Source: a virus (Duplodnaviria > Caudoviricetes). From it: DNA of 54,190 nt. This document shows positions 37,107-46,672 of this stretch, one piece after another. The position numbers and the translations under genes were made by a program. The stretch lies in IMG/VR virus record IMGVR_UViG_3300046718_000581, positions 1-54,190 of that record, one strand, 5' to 3'. The first letter of the stretch is position 1. Each line of letters starts with the position of its first letter. Below the pieces are notes generated by a model, which saw only the letters and a list, made by a program, of their open reading frames with translations, was not told the origin of the DNA and did not search any database.

Positions 37107-37606
37107 GCCGCCTCCACGTGGCAGCCGTCGTCGGCACCAAGGTGGGAGGCACCAAGTGGGCGCCCGACGTGGCCGAGATGGCGTTCACGTCCGGCTTCGC
37201 CGCGGCGCGCGCCGGCTTCGTGGTGCTGACCGGCGGCCTGTCGGGCGTCATGACCGAGGCCGCACGCGGCGCCCGCGCCGCCGGCGGGCTGACGGTCGGC
37301 ATCCTGCCCGGCACCGCGCATGAGGACGGCAACGAGCACCTCTCGCTCGTGCTGCCGACCGGCATCGGGCTGGCGCGCAACGTCCTGGTGGCGCTGGCGT
37401 GCGACGTGATGATTGCCGTGCCCGGTGGTCTGGGCACGTTGCAGGAGATGAGCTACGCGCTGGAGTACAAGCGCCCTGTGTTCTCGTGGGACTCGTGGGA
37501 CCTGCCCGGCGTCGACCATGCGAACGTCCGCCTTGATTCGACGCGCGTCGAGATGTGGCTCCGCAGCCACGCCGAGCGTCTGGGAGTGATGACCAATGGA
37601 GAGTGA
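37103..37606 (+). CDS. LOG/SLOG family protein (TIGR00725-like)
   Basis: TGG.SGVM, VGILPG, ARN, PGGLGTLQE. Confidence 0.88.
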   Translation: MSRLHVAAVVGTKVGGTKWAPDVAEMAFTSGFAAARAGFVVLTGGLSGVMTEAARGARAAGGLTVGILPGTAHEDGNEHLSLVLPTGIGLARNVLVALACDVMIAVPGGLGTLQEMSYALEYKRPVFSWDSWDLPGVDHANVRLDSTRVEMWLRSHAERLGVMTNGE

Positions 37607-38213
37607 GAAGAAGGTCGGTTCGCAGCTTCCCCCCAAGCCGCTGATGCTCGACCGGCTGGAGGACGCCGTGCGCCAGATGCTGCTGGCGCTCGGGCAGGGC
37701 GACAAGGCGGAGGTGATGCAGAACTCTCCGCGCCGCGTCGCCGAGATGTACGCGGACATCATCAACGCGCCGTGGTGCGACATCGAGATTCCGTGGAAGA
37801 CGTTCCCCAACCCGGGCGTCAACGACCTCGTGATGGTGACCGACTGCCACTACGTGTCGATGTGCGAGCATCACCTGGCGCCCGCGCTGGGCGTCGCCCA
37901 CTTCGCGTACGTCCCCGACAAGTTCATCACGGGCTACTCGAAAGTGAAGAAGGCGCTCAACTACCTCGCGCGCCAGCCGCAGTTGAACGAGCGCCTGCTG
38001 TTCGACGCGCTGAACGCGTGCGAGCAGGTGCTCCAGCCCAAGGGCGTCGGGCTCGTGCTCCACTCGATTCATATGTGCCTCATCTGCAAGTCGAACGCGC
38101 CGGCGCAAGAGATCGTGACCGTCCAAGACTTCCGCGGCTGCCTCAAGGAGGACCCGTACCGCCGCGACTTCCTGGCGACTGCCTACGGCAAGCGCCCGGT
38201 CTTCGGCGCGTGA
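37596..38213 (+). CDS. folE: GTP cyclohydrolase I-like, divergent
   Basis: P.RVA.MY, SMCEHHL, G.SK, Q..ERL, HMC. Confidence 0.85.
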   Translation: MESEKKVGSQLPPKPLMLDRLEDAVRQMLLALGQGDKAEVMQNSPRRVAEMYADIINAPWCDIEIPWKTFPNPGVNDLVMVTDCHYVSMCEHHLAPALGVAHFAYVPDKFITGYSKVKKALNYLARQPQLNERLLFDALNACEQVLQPKGVGLVLHSIHMCLICKSNAPAQEIVTVQDFRGCLKEDPYRRDFLATAYGKRPVFGA

Positions 38214-39295
38214 TGATGACCGCGGGAGACCTCGCCGCCCGCCTCCGCCAAGCGGTGCAGGGCTGCACCATCCACATCCACGGCCCCGTCCAGGCGTGGG
38301 CCGCGGTCGAGACCGCCGTGTTCCAGGGCCACACCACCCGCCAAGAGGTGGCAACGGTGGCAATTGCCGCCAGCTATCGTCGGCTGGCCGAGCTTCAACT
38401 CATGGGTGTCCCGGCCGACGACCCGCGCCGCACCAAGGAACTGCTCGCCGTGCAGTTCATCCGCGCGCTGCTCGGCCCCGAGGCGCCCGAGGCCATGGGG
38501 CTGCCGGTGCCGCCGGTGATGACCCATGTCCACCAGCCGACGCTCGACCGCATGGGGGAGCTGCGAGACGCCGTGGCGGGGCACCTGGACGCGGTGGCGT
38601 CGCACCGCATGTGGATGGCCCTGACCTCGCCGGCCGCGCTGCGCACGTTCATGGAGTTCCACGTCTACGCGGTCTGGGACTTCATGTCGTTGCTCAAGTC
38701 GTTGCAGCGGCTCACGACCTGCGTCGATGTGCCCTGGACGCCCAAGGGCACGCCGGAGACGCGCCGGCTCATCAACGAAATCGTCATCGGCGAGGAGAGC
38801 GACATCACCTCGCCCGGGCAGGTCGAGTCGCATTTCGAGATGTACCTGCGCGCCATGACCGAGGCCGGCGCCAACGTCGAGCCCATCAAGACGTTCGTCC
38901 GCTGCGTTCGCGAAGGCCACCTCATCCACACCGCGCTCCAGAAGGCTGGTGTCCCGGCGCCCGCGCAGGAGTTCGTGCTGTCGACGCTCGACCTCATCAA
39001 CGTCGGCCGCCCGCACGCCATCTGCGCCGCCTTCACCATCGGTCGCGAGGCCGCCATCCCGGCCATGTTCCTGGCTGGCGTGCGCAACCTGCCCGCCGAC
39101 GTCCCCATTCTCAAGCAGTATCTGGAGCGGCACATCGAGGTGGACTCCAACGAGCACTCGGGCCTGGCCATGCGGATGCTGTCTGCGTTCTGTGGGGAGG
39201 ACGTGGCCCGGTGGCATGAGGCGACCGGTGCAGCGATCTCCTCGCTCCAAGCACGCCGCCGGCTGTGGGACGCCGTCGTCGAGAAGGTCGGGTGA
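38213..39295 (+). CDS. DUF3050 heme-oxygenase-like di-iron protein with ~100-aa N-terminal extension
   Basis: HVYAVWDFMSLLKSLQ, RRLINEIVIGEESD, SHFEMYL, YLERHIEVD..EH. Confidence 0.88.
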   Translation: MMTAGDLAARLRQAVQGCTIHIHGPVQAWAAVETAVFQGHTTRQEVATVAIAASYRRLAELQLMGVPADDPRRTKELLAVQFIRALLGPEAPEAMGLPVPPVMTHVHQPTLDRMGELRDAVAGHLDAVASHRMWMALTSPAALRTFMEFHVYAVWDFMSLLKSLQRLTTCVDVPWTPKGTPETRRLINEIVIGEESDITSPGQVESHFEMYLRAMTEAGANVEPIKTFVRCVREGHLIHTALQKAGVPAPAQEFVLSTLDLINVGRPHAICAAFTIGREAAIPAMFLAGVRNLPADVPILKQYLERHIEVDSNEHSGLAMRMLSAFCGEDVARWHEATGAAISSLQARRRLWDAVVEKVG

Positions 39296-39714
39296 GCTTC
39301 CGCCCCGAGTTCATGGTCTGCGTCGACGCCGTCGTCCTCGACATCGGCGGTCCGACCACTCGCGTCCTCGCCGTCCGCCGCGAACGCGAACCCTTCGCCG
39401 GCGCCTGGGTGCTCCCCGGCGGCCGCGTCGAACCCGACGAACACCCCGATGACGCCGTCGCTCGCGAGCTACTGGAGGAGACCGGCCTCCACGTCCCACT
39501 CCGCGCCTTCAGCTTCTACGGCAGCCCGCTCCGCGACCCGCGCGGTCCGACCATCTCGCTCGCCTACATGGGCAGTGTCTCCCAGGTGCCGCCCGCGCGA
39601 CATGGCGAGGGTCTGACCGGCCTGGCCTGGCTGTCCGTTCAGGACGTAGAACTAGGTTTCGACCACGCACAGATTCTGCGAGATGCGCTACGCTGGGGCC
39701 AGTGGCAGCGTTGA
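39292..39714 (+). CDS. Nudix hydrolase
   Basis: W.LPGG.VE..E....AVARELLEETGL; RDPRG..IS; FDH. Confidence 0.92.
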   Translation: MSFRPEFMVCVDAVVLDIGGPTTRVLAVRREREPFAGAWVLPGGRVEPDEHPDDAVARELLEETGLHVPLRAFSFYGSPLRDPRGPTISLAYMGSVSQVPPARHGEGLTGLAWLSVQDVELGFDHAQILRDALRWGQWQR

Positions 39715-39817
39715 ACGCGCCCAACGCTGTGGATACGTTGTCAGTATCGGGGCTGCGTCCAGTTGCCCCCACGTTATCCACAGTAATTTTGCAGCCCCAC
39801 TAGAGGAACAACGCGTC

Positions 39818-40621
39818 ATGAGCACCCCATGGGGACCCAAGCACACCGGCGTCGGCCTACCCGAGTACGAGAAGGCCGTCGAAGCGTACCGCGCGCACCC
39901 GGGCGACCACATCTACGCGAAGCACGCCACCGGCCTGACACACGCCGTTTGCATCCGCCTGTGGGACAAGGGCATGCCCTTCAAGAACCTCCGTCCCATC
40001 AAGGAAGTGCTGGAGGAGGAGCAGCGTCTGGCGCGCATCCTCCGCGCAGAGGCGCTCGCCGATGAGCGCCTGGCCGAGGCCGACGCCAAGCTATCGGCCG
40101 CCGACCGCGCCGCCATCGACCGGATGGCGCAAGCCGACCTGGACGTCAAGGCCCGCCTGAAGGAGTTGCACGAGAAGGCCAAGATCGACGCCGTCCAGAC
40201 CATGGCCGAAGAAGCCACCATCGTCTCGGCCGCCCGCAAGGTCGCCCTGTCCCTTCATGGACTCGCCGCCCAGGTGCTCCAGCAAGCCAACATCCGCGCC
40301 TTCGCCGCCGCCTACACCAAGGCCCTCGCCGACCAAGACCTCTCACCACGCGAAGCCCACCAGCTCCTACGCACCCTCGGCGCCTTCGGCCGCGACCTCG
40401 CACAACTCGACCTCTCGGTCCTCGACGCCGAACGCAAGCGCCTCGGCCAGCCCACCGACATCGTCAAGGTGGAAGTCGAGCACATGGATAGAGAAGACGC
40501 CCTCCGCGTCATCGAGGAGGCCGCCAGCGCCGCCGCCCTACTGCGCGATGACGAGGACGACGACACTCCCGCACCCAATGGCTCCAGCACCAACGGGTCA
40601 GGCAACGGCCTCGCCCACTAG
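39818..40621 (+). CDS. Terminase small subunit candidate
   Basis: N-terminal HTH-like region, helices, ERKRLGQPTDI tail; upstream of terL. Confidence 0.65.
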   Translation: MSTPWGPKHTGVGLPEYEKAVEAYRAHPGDHIYAKHATGLTHAVCIRLWDKGMPFKNLRPIKEVLEEEQRLARILRAEALADERLAEADAKLSAADRAAIDRMAQADLDVKARLKELHEKAKIDAVQTMAEEATIVSAARKVALSLHGLAAQVLQQANIRAFAAAYTKALADQDLSPREAHQLLRTLGAFGRDLAQLDLSVLDAERKRLGQPTDIVKVEVEHMDREDALRVIEEAASAAALLRDDEDDDTPAPNGSSTNGSGNGLAH

Positions 40622-40845
40622 CACACCTCATCCGCGTCGTCTTCGTCCTCGAATCGTGGGAAGCATTCGTCGGCTACAAGCTGAGCCTGCCGCCACCCCA
40701 CCGGGTCCAACGCCGCCTCTGCCATCCAGTACCTGTCCGCACAGTCGAGCGACCCCAGGACATCGCCCGTCCGTCCACGTATCCACTCGTCCTCGTCCAG
40801 GTCGACCCGCCGCCCGCACCATGCACACGTTCCGTCTCGTCCCAT
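40618..40845 (-). CDS. Small CxxC protein, antisense between terminase genes
   Basis: CAWC, CADR, ECF; convergent 4-nt overlap. Confidence 0.45.
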   Translation of the reverse strand: MGRDGTCAWCGRRVDLDEDEWIRGRTGDVLGSLDCADRYWMAEAALDPVGWRQAQLVADECFPRFEDEDDADEVC

Positions 40846-40993
40846 GCTAGCTAGACGTTGTCAGTACCTATTTCTGACACCTAACGCTAGCCTGGGGCTA
40901 GCGTTACAGCCAAATTTGACCTCCCGCCAAGTCTCTGATATTGCTGGAAGCGTGACGACGCTGCGGCGAACAGTGCATGCGAGCCCGAGGGTG

Positions 40994-41176
40994 ATGAAGC
41001 CCAAGAAGGGCGGTCGGCAGGTCAAGCTGTGGGCGTACGGCTACGCTGACCTCGCCAAGCTGCTGCGCACCACCGAGGGTGCGGTGCGCGTTCTCATCTG
41101 CGAGAACCGGTTCGACCCGGAGAGCTTGGAAGAGGTGGTCGCGTACGCCATCCGGCGCCTGGGGCGGTCGGCCTGA
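40994..41176 (+). CDS. Small HTH protein
   Basis: YADLAKLLRTTEGAVRVLI; GAGG RBS. Confidence 0.55.
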   Translation: MKPKKGGRQVKLWAYGYADLAKLLRTTEGAVRVLICENRFDPESLEEVVAYAIRRLGRSA

Positions 41177-41237
41177 TGCAGCCGATTGCCAAACGGCCGC
41201 GGGTGGACACCCTTGAATCGCCAAACGGCGTGTCCTG

Positions 41238-42695
41238 ATGCCGCGCGCGCCTGCCGCCCTGCTCAAGCACGCCCGCGCCGCGAGCGACGCGCTCCAGCGG
41301 CTGTACCCGCTGGCCGTCCAGAACCCGGCCCTGTTTGCTCAGCTTGTGCTGCGGGACGAGCAGACGCACTTGCCGGTCAAGCTGGCCGGGATGCACAAGG
41401 CGTGGCACGAACTGGCGAACGAACACGACCGGCTCATCATCTGGGCGCACAACCGCGCGGGCAAGACGCAGCAGATGGCCATCGCCCGCGCGCTCTGGGA
41501 GATGGGACGCAACCCGAGCATCCGCATTCTCATCGTCTCCAGCACGCACGAGCGCGCCTCCAAGATTCTGTCGTCCATCGCGGACTACGCGCGGGGCTCG
41601 CTCGCGTACCGCGCCATCTTCCCTGACATCGCGCCGGCCGACCCGTGGAACACGACCGAGTTGACGGTCAAGCGACCGTACGGCATCAAGGACCCGACCG
41701 TGCGCGCGCTCGGCGTGGGTGGGGAGATCTTGGGCGCCCGCGTTGACCTCCTCATCTACGACGACGTGCTGACGCTCTCCAACACGGCGACCGCGGACCA
41801 GCGCGCCAAGCTCTGGACGTGGCACACCAACACGATGGTCGGCCGTCTCACCAATCAGGCGCGCGTGCTCTGCATCGGGACGGCGTTCTACCCCGACGAC
41901 CTCATGCACAAGCTGGCAGGCACCGGCGCCTACCGCGCGGTGCGCTACCCGGTGGTCGATGACCAGACCGGCCTGCCGCGCTGGCCCGAACGGTTCACCC
42001 CCGAACTCATCGAGCGCGAGCGCATCGCCATGGGCTCGTTCGAGTTCGCTCGCAACATGCTGTGCATCGCGCGCGATGACTCCAGTGCGGTCTTCAAGCA
42101 GGCGTGGGTCGATGTCTGCCTGACACTGGGGCGCGACAAGGAGATGGCGTACGGGTTGGCGACCGTGCCGGCCGGCTGCTCGACGTACACCGGCGTCGAC
42201 CTCGCGGTGCAGCAGCACGCCGCGGCCGACCTGACGGTCCTCACCACCATCATCGTGCATCCGAACCACCGCAAGGAACTGCTCTGCATCGAGTCGGGCA
42301 AGTGGCACGGCCCGGAGATTGTTGACCGCATCCACGACCACCATCGGCGGTACCATTCGGTCGTGCTCGTGGAGAACAACGCGGCGCAGGAGTTCATCGC
42401 GCAGTACAGCCGCGCCGCCGGCATCCCGTGCCGCGGCTACACGACCGGACGCAACAAGGTGCATCCCGAGTTCGGTGTCGAGCACCTGGCGACCGAGATG
42501 GAAACCGGCCAGTGGATATTTCCCTGCCGCGGCGGCATCAGCCGCGAGTTGAACGCGCTCATCGCCGAGCTGTTGCAGTACAGTCCGAAGGAGCACACAG
42601 GCGACCGGATCATGAGTCTGTGGCTGGCGCGCGAGGCATCGCGTCTCGGGAACATTCGTGCTGAAGTGGGTAGGCTCGACCTCTTGAGCCGCTGA
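41238..42695 (+). CDS. terL: Terminase large subunit
   Basis: RAGKT Walker A, GARVDLLIYDD, IGT, GVDLA, VENN, DRIMS. Confidence 0.9.
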   Translation: MPRAPAALLKHARAASDALQRLYPLAVQNPALFAQLVLRDEQTHLPVKLAGMHKAWHELANEHDRLIIWAHNRAGKTQQMAIARALWEMGRNPSIRILIVSSTHERASKILSSIADYARGSLAYRAIFPDIAPADPWNTTELTVKRPYGIKDPTVRALGVGGEILGARVDLLIYDDVLTLSNTATADQRAKLWTWHTNTMVGRLTNQARVLCIGTAFYPDDLMHKLAGTGAYRAVRYPVVDDQTGLPRWPERFTPELIERERIAMGSFEFARNMLCIARDDSSAVFKQAWVDVCLTLGRDKEMAYGLATVPAGCSTYTGVDLAVQQHAAADLTVLTTIIVHPNHRKELLCIESGKWHGPEIVDRIHDHHRRYHSVVLVENNAAQEFIAQYSRAAGIPCRGYTTGRNKVHPEFGVEHLATEMETGQWIFPCRGGISRELNALIAELLQYSPKEHTGDRIMSLWLAREASRLGNIRAEVGRLDLLSR

Positions 42696-42709
42696 CAAAG
42701 GAGACCACC

Positions 42710-42991
42710 ATGAGTGAAGACGCCATCGGAGCCGCAGCCCGCGCCCTGTACGCCCAGGACGCGCCCAACTACAGTTGGGACGCGCTGTCCGGCCATGAGC
42801 GCGAGCCGTACTACGCCCGCGCTCGCACCAATGCGGCCGAGTCCGCGCCGCCGCCCGAGGTCCCGCCGGCGGAGACCGGCGAGGGCGGCAGTGGTGAAGA
42901 GGCGCCGCCCGACCCGGACGCGCCGCTCATCGACCAGCCGGAAGGCTCGGACCTGCCGATGCCCAAGTCCAAGCGCAAGGTCCCGAAGTAG
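42710..42991 (+). CDS. Pro/Glu-rich hypothetical protein
   Basis: AAGGAG RBS. Confidence 0.6.
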   Translation: MSEDAIGAAARALYAQDAPNYSWDALSGHEREPYYARARTNAAESAPPPEVPPAETGEGGSGEEAPPDPDAPLIDQPEGSDLPMPKSKRKVPK

Positions 42992-43143
42992 CCCATGCGG
43001 GTGACGCTGTTCGCGTGGGGGCTCGTGACGGCGACTGTGGCGGGCGCGGCCGTTTGCGCCTGGCGCCACGACTGGGCCGATGCCGCCATGCTCGGCGTCG
43101 GTGCAGTTTCGTTCGCCGCGGCGTCGTGGCTGGCGTACCGCAG

Positions 43144-43332
43144 ATGAAGGTCAAGGAGCTAATCACCAAGCTCCGGTCGGCCCCGCCCAACTTGCGGGTG
43201 GTGTTCGATGTGGAGGCCGCTCGCTTCGACGTGCATGAGGTGGACGTCGACACCTGCTGGTACGAGCCGGACATCGACGCGGTCGTGCTCGGCACCAAGG
43301 CACTGCGTCGTCACGCTACCGAGGAGGAATGA
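43144..43332 (+). CDS. Small hypothetical protein
   Basis: MKVKELITKL...PPNLRV common phage pattern. Confidence 0.55.
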   Translation: MKVKELITKLRSAPPNLRVVFDVEAARFDVHEVDVDTCWYEPDIDAVVLGTKALRRHATEEE

Positions 43333-43526
43333 CCATGACGTTCAACGAGAAGGTCGAAGACGCCGCCAAGATTGCGTTCGAGGCCGCGACCGAGTTGTCC
43401 TGGGACTTGCTCCCGCTGGACACCCGGCGGAGCTACATCGCTCTGGCCACGACCTACGTGACGCCTCTCCCGCCGTCTCTGGCCAAGACGTTCGAGGACA
43501 CCTTCCTGCTGAACTACGTCCCCTGA
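43329..43526 (+). CDS. Small hypothetical protein
   Basis: GAGGAG RBS, ATGA overlap. Confidence 0.55.
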   Translation: MTMTFNEKVEDAAKIAFEAATELSWDLLPLDTRRSYIALATTYVTPLPPSLAKTFEDTFLLNYVP

Positions 43527-43798
43527 CGCTTGCGCACGACGGTCACCTCGGAGACGGTCCGCGGTCGCCGGGTGCCGAGTCCGTACTCCTGCTCGATGAA
43601 GAGCCGGTACTGTCCCATCCATTCGCGGAGTGTTTGCTTGTCCGGCAGGGCGCCCGGCGCGGCCCGCTGCGCCCGTTCGTACATGACTTGGAAGCGCCTC
43701 ACGTCATCCCGTGCCCGCGCCACGAACTGGAGGAGCGTAACGGATTGGTTCGGCATGCCTGAGATGTTAGCCTACGGGACAACGCAAGGAGAATCCTC

Positions 43799-44242
43799 AT
43801 GATGAACGACACTGTCGCCGATGAGCAGCACGCCCAGCGTCTCCGCGTTGTCGAGAACGTCGCGCACCACATGGGCATGACCGAGGAGAACCCCGAGGCG
43901 CCGACGGACGCTCCGGCCGAGTCGCCGCCCGAGGTTCCTGCCGCGCCGCCGGTCGAGGCGCCGCCTGCCGAGGAACCCCCGCCGGTGTCTGAGCCGACGG
44001 CGACCGGCGAGGAGTTCCCGCTGCAAGGGAGCCCGGAGTACCTGACTTACGCGGAGAACCCACTGCCCGAGAAGCTGTGGCACTGCCCCGCCGGCCACGA
44101 GATGCGTGTGAAGGGTCCGCACACGCCCCCGACGCTTTCGCTCGTGGAGCACGGGCTGCGCATCTCGACCGGTCCCATCTGCTTCATCTGCCTGACCGAC
44201 TTCATGCGGGCCAACTTCAAGATGGTTCCGGTCGATGGCTGA
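43799..44242 (+). CDS. Pro-rich protein with C-terminal zinc site
   Basis: CPAGH...CFIC; AAGGAG RBS. Confidence 0.6.
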   Translation: MMNDTVADEQHAQRLRVVENVAHHMGMTEENPEAPTDAPAESPPEVPAAPPVEAPPAEEPPPVSEPTATGEEFPLQGSPEYLTYAENPLPEKLWHCPAGHEMRVKGPHTPPTLSLVEHGLRISTGPICFICLTDFMRANFKMVPVDG

Positions 44243-44588
44243 CCCGCGGACGGAGGAAGAGTTGGCGGCCGCACTGGCGAACGACGCCTCCGTCCCGCTT
44301 GGCGTCACCGCTGATGAGTACACCCGGGCGTTCCGTCAGGTGCAGGAGCGGTCGCGCGCGCTCGACCCGCCTGACCAGATGGTGGAGCTGGCGCTGTTCA
44401 ACTCCCGCATCCTGACGGTGCTCGCACTGCGGGCGGCCACCAAGGCGCTCGCGGACTGCGACGTGTTGCTCGCGGCTCGGGAGCCCGAGGAGGCCGAGGA
44501 CTGTTCCCTCGTTGTCGTTCAGTTGCTCGACATCGCCGAGCGGGCGGACCGGCTGGCCGACAAGATCCTCACGGCCTCGGGTCGATGA
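44235..44588 (+). CDS. Helical hypothetical protein
   Basis: Coupled to neighbours. Confidence 0.55.
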   Translation: MADPRTEEELAAALANDASVPLGVTADEYTRAFRQVQERSRALDPPDQMVELALFNSRILTVLALRAATKALADCDVLLAAREPEEAEDCSLVVVQLLDIAERADRLADKILTASGR

Positions 44589-44692
44589 CGCCGACCCAAG
44601 CCATCCTGCTCGCGCTTGCTGTCGGTGCTGGCGTCGGCACCAGCTACGTTCTGGTCACCTGGCTTCTCGGCCGCCTCTTCTACAAGTAGGAT

Positions 44693-46663
44693 GTGAGCAT
44701 GTCCTCAGCGACGCGGACCACGAGCAATGCCGGCAAGGTCAACATCGCGGCGGATGGCCCGCGCCTGATGAGCAGAGTCGCGAGGCTCGGGATGAGCCCG
44801 CGACAGCAAGTGCTCAACCACTACTGGGCCGTCTACCGGTGCTCGAACTACGACGCCCGGCGTGTCGACTGGGATGGTCGAGAGCGCGTCGATGCCGTGA
44901 GCCACGAGGCCATCTCGATGGCGGGCTTCATCCCGCCCGGCTTCTACGATGCTGGTCAGACCTTTCCGCTCAAGTTCCGCCGCCCGACCACGCCGTACAA
45001 CTTGGTGAAGGTCATCGTCGACCGCTTCACTGGGCTCCTGTTCTCGGAGCGCCGGCACCCTCAGCTCCGTGTCGAGGGCGACCCCATCACCGAGGACTTC
45101 GTCAACGCGCTCGCCGAGTCCGCTCGCTTGTGGGCGGCCATGATTCAGGCGCGCACGTTCGGCGGCGGCACCGGCACCGCGGCCATCGGCTTCCAGTTCC
45201 TCGATGGCAAGCCCATCGTCGAGGTGCATGACCCGCGCTGGGTGTTCCCCGACTTCAAGGACCGCGTCACCCATGACCTGCGGTCCATCGAGAAGCGGTA
45301 CCAGTACCCGGTCGAGATGCTCGACGAAGAGAAGGGCGTCTGGGTCGAGGTGCCGCACTGGTACCGCCGGGTCATCGATGAGCAGCACGACATCCTGTGG
45401 AAGCCCATCCCTGTTGGCGAGGGCGAGGAGCCCGACTGGGACAACCCGGACAACATCGCCAGCATGGTCGAGCACAACTTCGGTTGGTGCCCGGTTCAGT
45501 GGATTCAGAACCTGCCGGTGGTAGATGACATTGACGGTGACCCGGACTGCCTCGGCATCTACGACATGGTCGAGGCCATCGATGCCCTGCTCGCACAGGC
45601 GAACCGCGGCATCATCGCCAACTGCGACCCGACGGTCGTGGTCGTGTCCCCGGACCCACTCGCCGACCTGGCGAAGGGCTCGAACAACGCGATCAAGCTG
45701 ACGACCGGCTCGGCGGCCTACATGGAGATTTCCGGCTCAGGTCCGAAGGCCGCCCAAGACTACGCGGACAAGCTCCGCACCTACGCGTTGGAGGTCGCTC
45801 AGTGCGTGCTCGAACACCCGGAGTCTGGTGGCGGCCAGCGCACCGCGACGGAGATTGAGCGCGCCTACTCCTCGATGCTCGCCAAGGCCGACGTGCTCCG
45901 CGAGCAGTACGGCGAGCGCGGTGTGAAGCCGCTCATGGAGAAGATGCTCAAGGCGGCCAAGCAGGTGACCCAGCCGCGTACCGAGGGCGAGTCCATCGTG
46001 CGTGGCGCGCTTACCCTGCCCGACCGCATCGAGCAGGACCCCGGTACTGGCGAGTCTTCGACGATTCCGCGCCGCCCTGGACCTGGCGGCGTGATGAAGC
46101 TCCAGTGGCCCGGGTACTTTGAGCCGTCCCTTCAGGACGTGAACATGGCCGTCCAGGCGTCGACCGGCGCGAAGGCGGCGCAGCTCATTGATGACGAGCA
46201 CGCGACCAAGTTCGTGTCGGACTACTTCCACGTCGAGAACGTCCCGGCCATGATGAAGAAGATCGAGGACGAGCAGGCCGCGCAGCAGGGCCAGTTCGAC
46301 CAGCAGTCGATGGGCGACCTGACCGGTGGCGTCCCGCCCGATGCGGGCGCGCTGCCGGCCGATGCGGCGCCCGACGACCAGTACGTGCCCGACGAGTTGC
46401 CGCCGCAGACCGACGCGCTCAAGCTCACCTCGACGGACCTGGGCATCATCGTCACGGTCAACGAGGCGCGCTCGTCGGTCGGGCTCGGCCCGCTCATCGA
46501 CCAGAAGACAGGCAACTGGGACCCCGATGGCGAACTCACCATCGCCCAGTTCAAGGCGAAGCACGAAGAGACGGTGGCCGCAGCCGCCAACGCCGAGGAC
46601 GGCAGCGTGGATGGGCAAGCGCCTACCCCCACGCCCGGCGCTTTCGGTAAGGGCAAGCGGTAG
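44693..46663 (+). CDS. Portal protein
   Basis: Size and position after terL; YNLVKVIVDRFTGLLF, HNFGWCPVQWIQN; C-terminal VTVNEARSSVGLGP. Confidence 0.85.
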   Translation: MSMSSATRTTSNAGKVNIAADGPRLMSRVARLGMSPRQQVLNHYWAVYRCSNYDARRVDWDGRERVDAVSHEAISMAGFIPPGFYDAGQTFPLKFRRPTTPYNLVKVIVDRFTGLLFSERRHPQLRVEGDPITEDFVNALAESARLWAAMIQARTFGGGTGTAAIGFQFLDGKPIVEVHDPRWVFPDFKDRVTHDLRSIEKRYQYPVEMLDEEKGVWVEVPHWYRRVIDEQHDILWKPIPVGEGEEPDWDNPDNIASMVEHNFGWCPVQWIQNLPVVDDIDGDPDCLGIYDMVEAIDALLAQANRGIIANCDPTVVVVSPDPLADLAKGSNNAIKLTTGSAAYMEISGSGPKAAQDYADKLRTYALEVAQCVLEHPESGGGQRTATEIERAYSSMLAKADVLREQYGERGVKPLMEKMLKAAKQVTQPRTEGESIVRGALTLPDRIEQDPGTGESSTIPRRPGPGGVMKLQWPGYFEPSLQDVNMAVQASTGAKAAQLIDDEHATKFVSDYFHVENVPAMMKKIEDEQAAQQGQFDQQSMGDLTGGVPPDAGALPADAAPDDQYVPDELPPQTDALKLTSTDLGIIVTVNEARSSVGLGPLIDQKTGNWDPDGELTIAQFKAKHEETVAAAANAEDGSVDGQAPTPTPGAFGKGKR

Positions 46664-46672
46664 GGGGAACGC

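Noticed and set aside
37772-38212. N-terminal part of the 507-aa ORF as a fusion to DUF3050
   Set aside because: Shadow frame of folE; the real start is the TGATG-coupled ATG at 38213
37596-39714. Plain folate-biosynthesis auxiliary genes
   Set aside because: No folB/folK/folP, and the genes are coupled to a transglycosylase, ParB and LOG; disfavoured but not excluded
27742-42695. Inteins or introns in polymerase or terminase
   Set aside because: Motif spacing and lengths are normal; no splicing or homing motifs seen
41094-42698. 534-aa antisense ORF and similar long minus-strand ORFs
   Set aside because: Mirror frames expected in high-GC coding DNA; no motifs or RBS
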